Shown piece after piece: positions 45,771-47,747 of a DNA stretch of 47,747 nt. The first letter of the stretch is position 1. Each line of letters begins with the position of its first letter. The stretch lies in the NCBI GenBank assembly GCA_963803145.1, contig CAWDLW010000049.1:1-47747 (forward strand), read 5' to 3'. A program made the position numbers and the translations under genes. Origin of the DNA: Methanotrichaceae archaeon. Lineage in GTDB: Archaea > Halobacteriota > Methanosarcinia > Methanotrichales > Methanotrichaceae. A model generated the notes under the pieces. It made no database searches, was not told the DNA's origin, and saw only the letters and a program-made list of their open reading frames with translations.

Positions 45771-47723
45771 ATGTTATTGGTGATAGCGTTATCTTCCATC
45801 ATATGCCTGACAGCAGCTGATGCTCCCCATGATCAAATCTCATCCCAACAGGGAGCACTAGAGAAGGAATGGTTCGATAAAGGAGATTCTCTCCTTCAGC
45901 AAGGCGATCAAGAGGGAGCCATAGCAGCCTTCGATAGATACATCGAACTCAACAAATCTAACTCGCTGGCCTGGATAGGAAAAGGCACAGCCCTATTGCA
46001 GCTGAACCGATTTAACGAGTCTCTGGAGTGCTTTGAACAGGCCTTCAATCTGGAGCCCTCTAAGGATGGAAAGATGTACTGCCTGATTGTCGAGTCACAA
46101 ATTCTAAAGGGATTGGGCAGAGACCAGGAAGCGGCAGCCGTTCTTGAGAAAGTCCTGAAGATACAGGCCGACTATATTCCTAATGGAACAATAGTTGCGG
46201 ATCTGGGCTTCAGACCCGAGCAAGACGGCTTCACCTTCGGGAATTACGGCGAGGATTACCCTGGGAAGCTGACGCCCTCGGAAGTGCGTCGCCTATTTGG
46301 TCCTGATGCATGTGACTGTGAAAATGGAAGCGTTTGCGAGCTTACCCCTCCAGGAACCTACTGGATGGAGATGGCCAACGATTTCATAAAAGGAGGTCAT
46401 TGCATGGGGCTGGCCACTCTGAGCCTTCTGTTCTATGACGAGATTAAAAATGCTACAGAGTTCGGGAGCGATTCAACCCATGACCTGATAATCGATGGCA
46501 ACGTCCCCCTGCAAAGGGAAGTTGCCTACTGGAGCACTATGCAGCTGATCGAGCCCACCAAAGGTTCCTTCATAAACGAGACCCCAGATATCGTATTAGA
46601 GAGGCTTATCCAAGCCCTTCAGGACAGAAATAATACCTCTAATTCATACACTTTAGTAGTATCCAAACCGGACGGAAGAGATGGTCACGCAGTCACGCCT
46701 TATGCCGTTGAAGACCTGGGCAATGGAACCTATGATATATTGGTATACGACAACAACTTCCCTGATATCACCCTCCCAATCCAGGTAAACCGCACAACGA
46801 ATACCTGGTCTTATGATGATAGCCTGATCCCTAATGCATCTGATGAGATCTACAAGGGCAATGCAACCACCAAATCTTTAGAGCTGGTCCCAATATCCGA
46901 GGAGCTGAAGCCCCAGTATTGTCCCTTTTGCGAAAACAGCAGCGTAAATATATCCCAGATCTGGCTAGATGGAGAAGGCAATTTGCTGATAACTGATAGC
47001 CAGGACCGACGGCTGGGCATTATTGACGGCCAGATGGTTAATGAGATACCCGGTGCTGAGGTAATATATCCAATGGTCGATAGGAGCGATCTAGGATTGA
47101 CTAAGTCCCCTATATTCGAGATACCTAACGAGTATACCACCTCGTCTGGAGTGAAGATCCCAGGAAGCGCCTTAAATATAACCATTGATGGTGATAACTT
47201 CCAGAGGGCTAGCCTTGCCAATGTGACCCTCATAGGGCCGGGATATGTTCTTTTGGTGGCGGAAATACATCTCGATCCAGGCCAGAAGGATTATCTGGAG
47301 GTCTCTCCTGCATCAATGCTCGCATATCGACCATCAGGTTCTGAATCTCCAGTGATGGTCATGGGCAAGGAAGTCAATGATACTCAATATGAATTCATAT
47401 TGAGAGGCGCTCACCTCACCAATGGAACCTATATGGTCATGGGATTAAAGGACAGGGACGGTATATTCTATTTCATGCCTTATGGCACAGAGGCGAGCAG
47501 TTCATATGATATATACATGGTTCGCGCGAATGAGACAGGAGAGCAGATTTTCGGGCATGAGGGCATCATAATAAAAGGAAATGAAACTGCTGAATTCCAC
47601 TTTTTGGATTGGCACGGGAATGGAACGCCCATGAGGATGAGCATAAGCCAGGAAGGGAACCAGTCCAAGAGTTCAGTAGAGCTGAAGGATGTAACCGATG
47701 AGGTCGAGAAGGAGGATATATGA
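45771..47723 (+). CDS. Secreted TPR-containing paralog with putative papain-fold domain
   Basis: Signal peptide; ~3 TPRs (AWIGKG.AL..L.RF.E...CFE.A); GFTFGNYG, GHCMGL, GHAVTP, VYDNN. Confidence 0.82.
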   Translation: MLLVIALSSIICLTAADAPHDQISSQQGALEKEWFDKGDSLLQQGDQEGAIAAFDRYIELNKSNSLAWIGKGTALLQLNRFNESLECFEQAFNLEPSKDGKMYCLIVESQILKGLGRDQEAAAVLEKVLKIQADYIPNGTIVADLGFRPEQDGFTFGNYGEDYPGKLTPSEVRRLFGPDACDCENGSVCELTPPGTYWMEMANDFIKGGHCMGLATLSLLFYDEIKNATEFGSDSTHDLIIDGNVPLQREVAYWSTMQLIEPTKGSFINETPDIVLERLIQALQDRNNTSNSYTLVVSKPDGRDGHAVTPYAVEDLGNGTYDILVYDNNFPDITLPIQVNRTTNTWSYDDSLIPNASDEIYKGNATTKSLELVPISEELKPQYCPFCENSSVNISQIWLDGEGNLLITDSQDRRLGIIDGQMVNEIPGAEVIYPMVDRSDLGLTKSPIFEIPNEYTTSSGVKIPGSALNITIDGDNFQRASLANVTLIGPGYVLLVAEIHLDPGQKDYLEVSPASMLAYRPSGSESPVMVMGKEVNDTQYEFILRGAHLTNGTYMVMGLKDRDGIFYFMPYGTEASSSYDIYMVRANETGEQIFGHEGIIIKGNETAEFHFLDWHGNGTPMRMSISQEGNQSKSSVELKDVTDEVEKEDI

Positions 47724-47747
47724 TTTATGGACTTGGATTCTCCATGT

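Overview
Archaeal chromosome window, most consistent with a Methanothrix/Methanotrichaceae-type methanogen (inferred from gene content and order). Right part (36.1-43.6 kb, minus strand) is core genome: pus10-rpl21e-rpo4-DUF655-rsmA, aroA, rps13-rps4-rps11-rpo3 and tRNA-Leu(GAG). Left of the tRNA is a stack of decaying integrated elements, bounded by copies of the tRNA 3' half at 30989, 26521 and (degenerate) 16302. They carry a tyrosine integrase, a type IIG restriction-modification enzyme, truncated Mrr, toxin-antitoxin remnants, an IS3 fragment, two copies of a structured 111-bp element and AT-rich cargo genes. The left 16 kb and the right end are rich in secreted proteins. These include a ~970-aa protein with a ~590-residue Cys-every-sixth-residue solenoid-like region (beetle antifreeze-like periodicity), its convergent partner sharing a LolA/LppX-like domain, an MBL-fold protein lacking its metal ligands, and a divergent pair of putative papain-fold proteases. 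Two candidate structured RNAs lie at ~2096-2293 and in the rps13 leader. All family calls come from motif recognition by eye; no searches were run.
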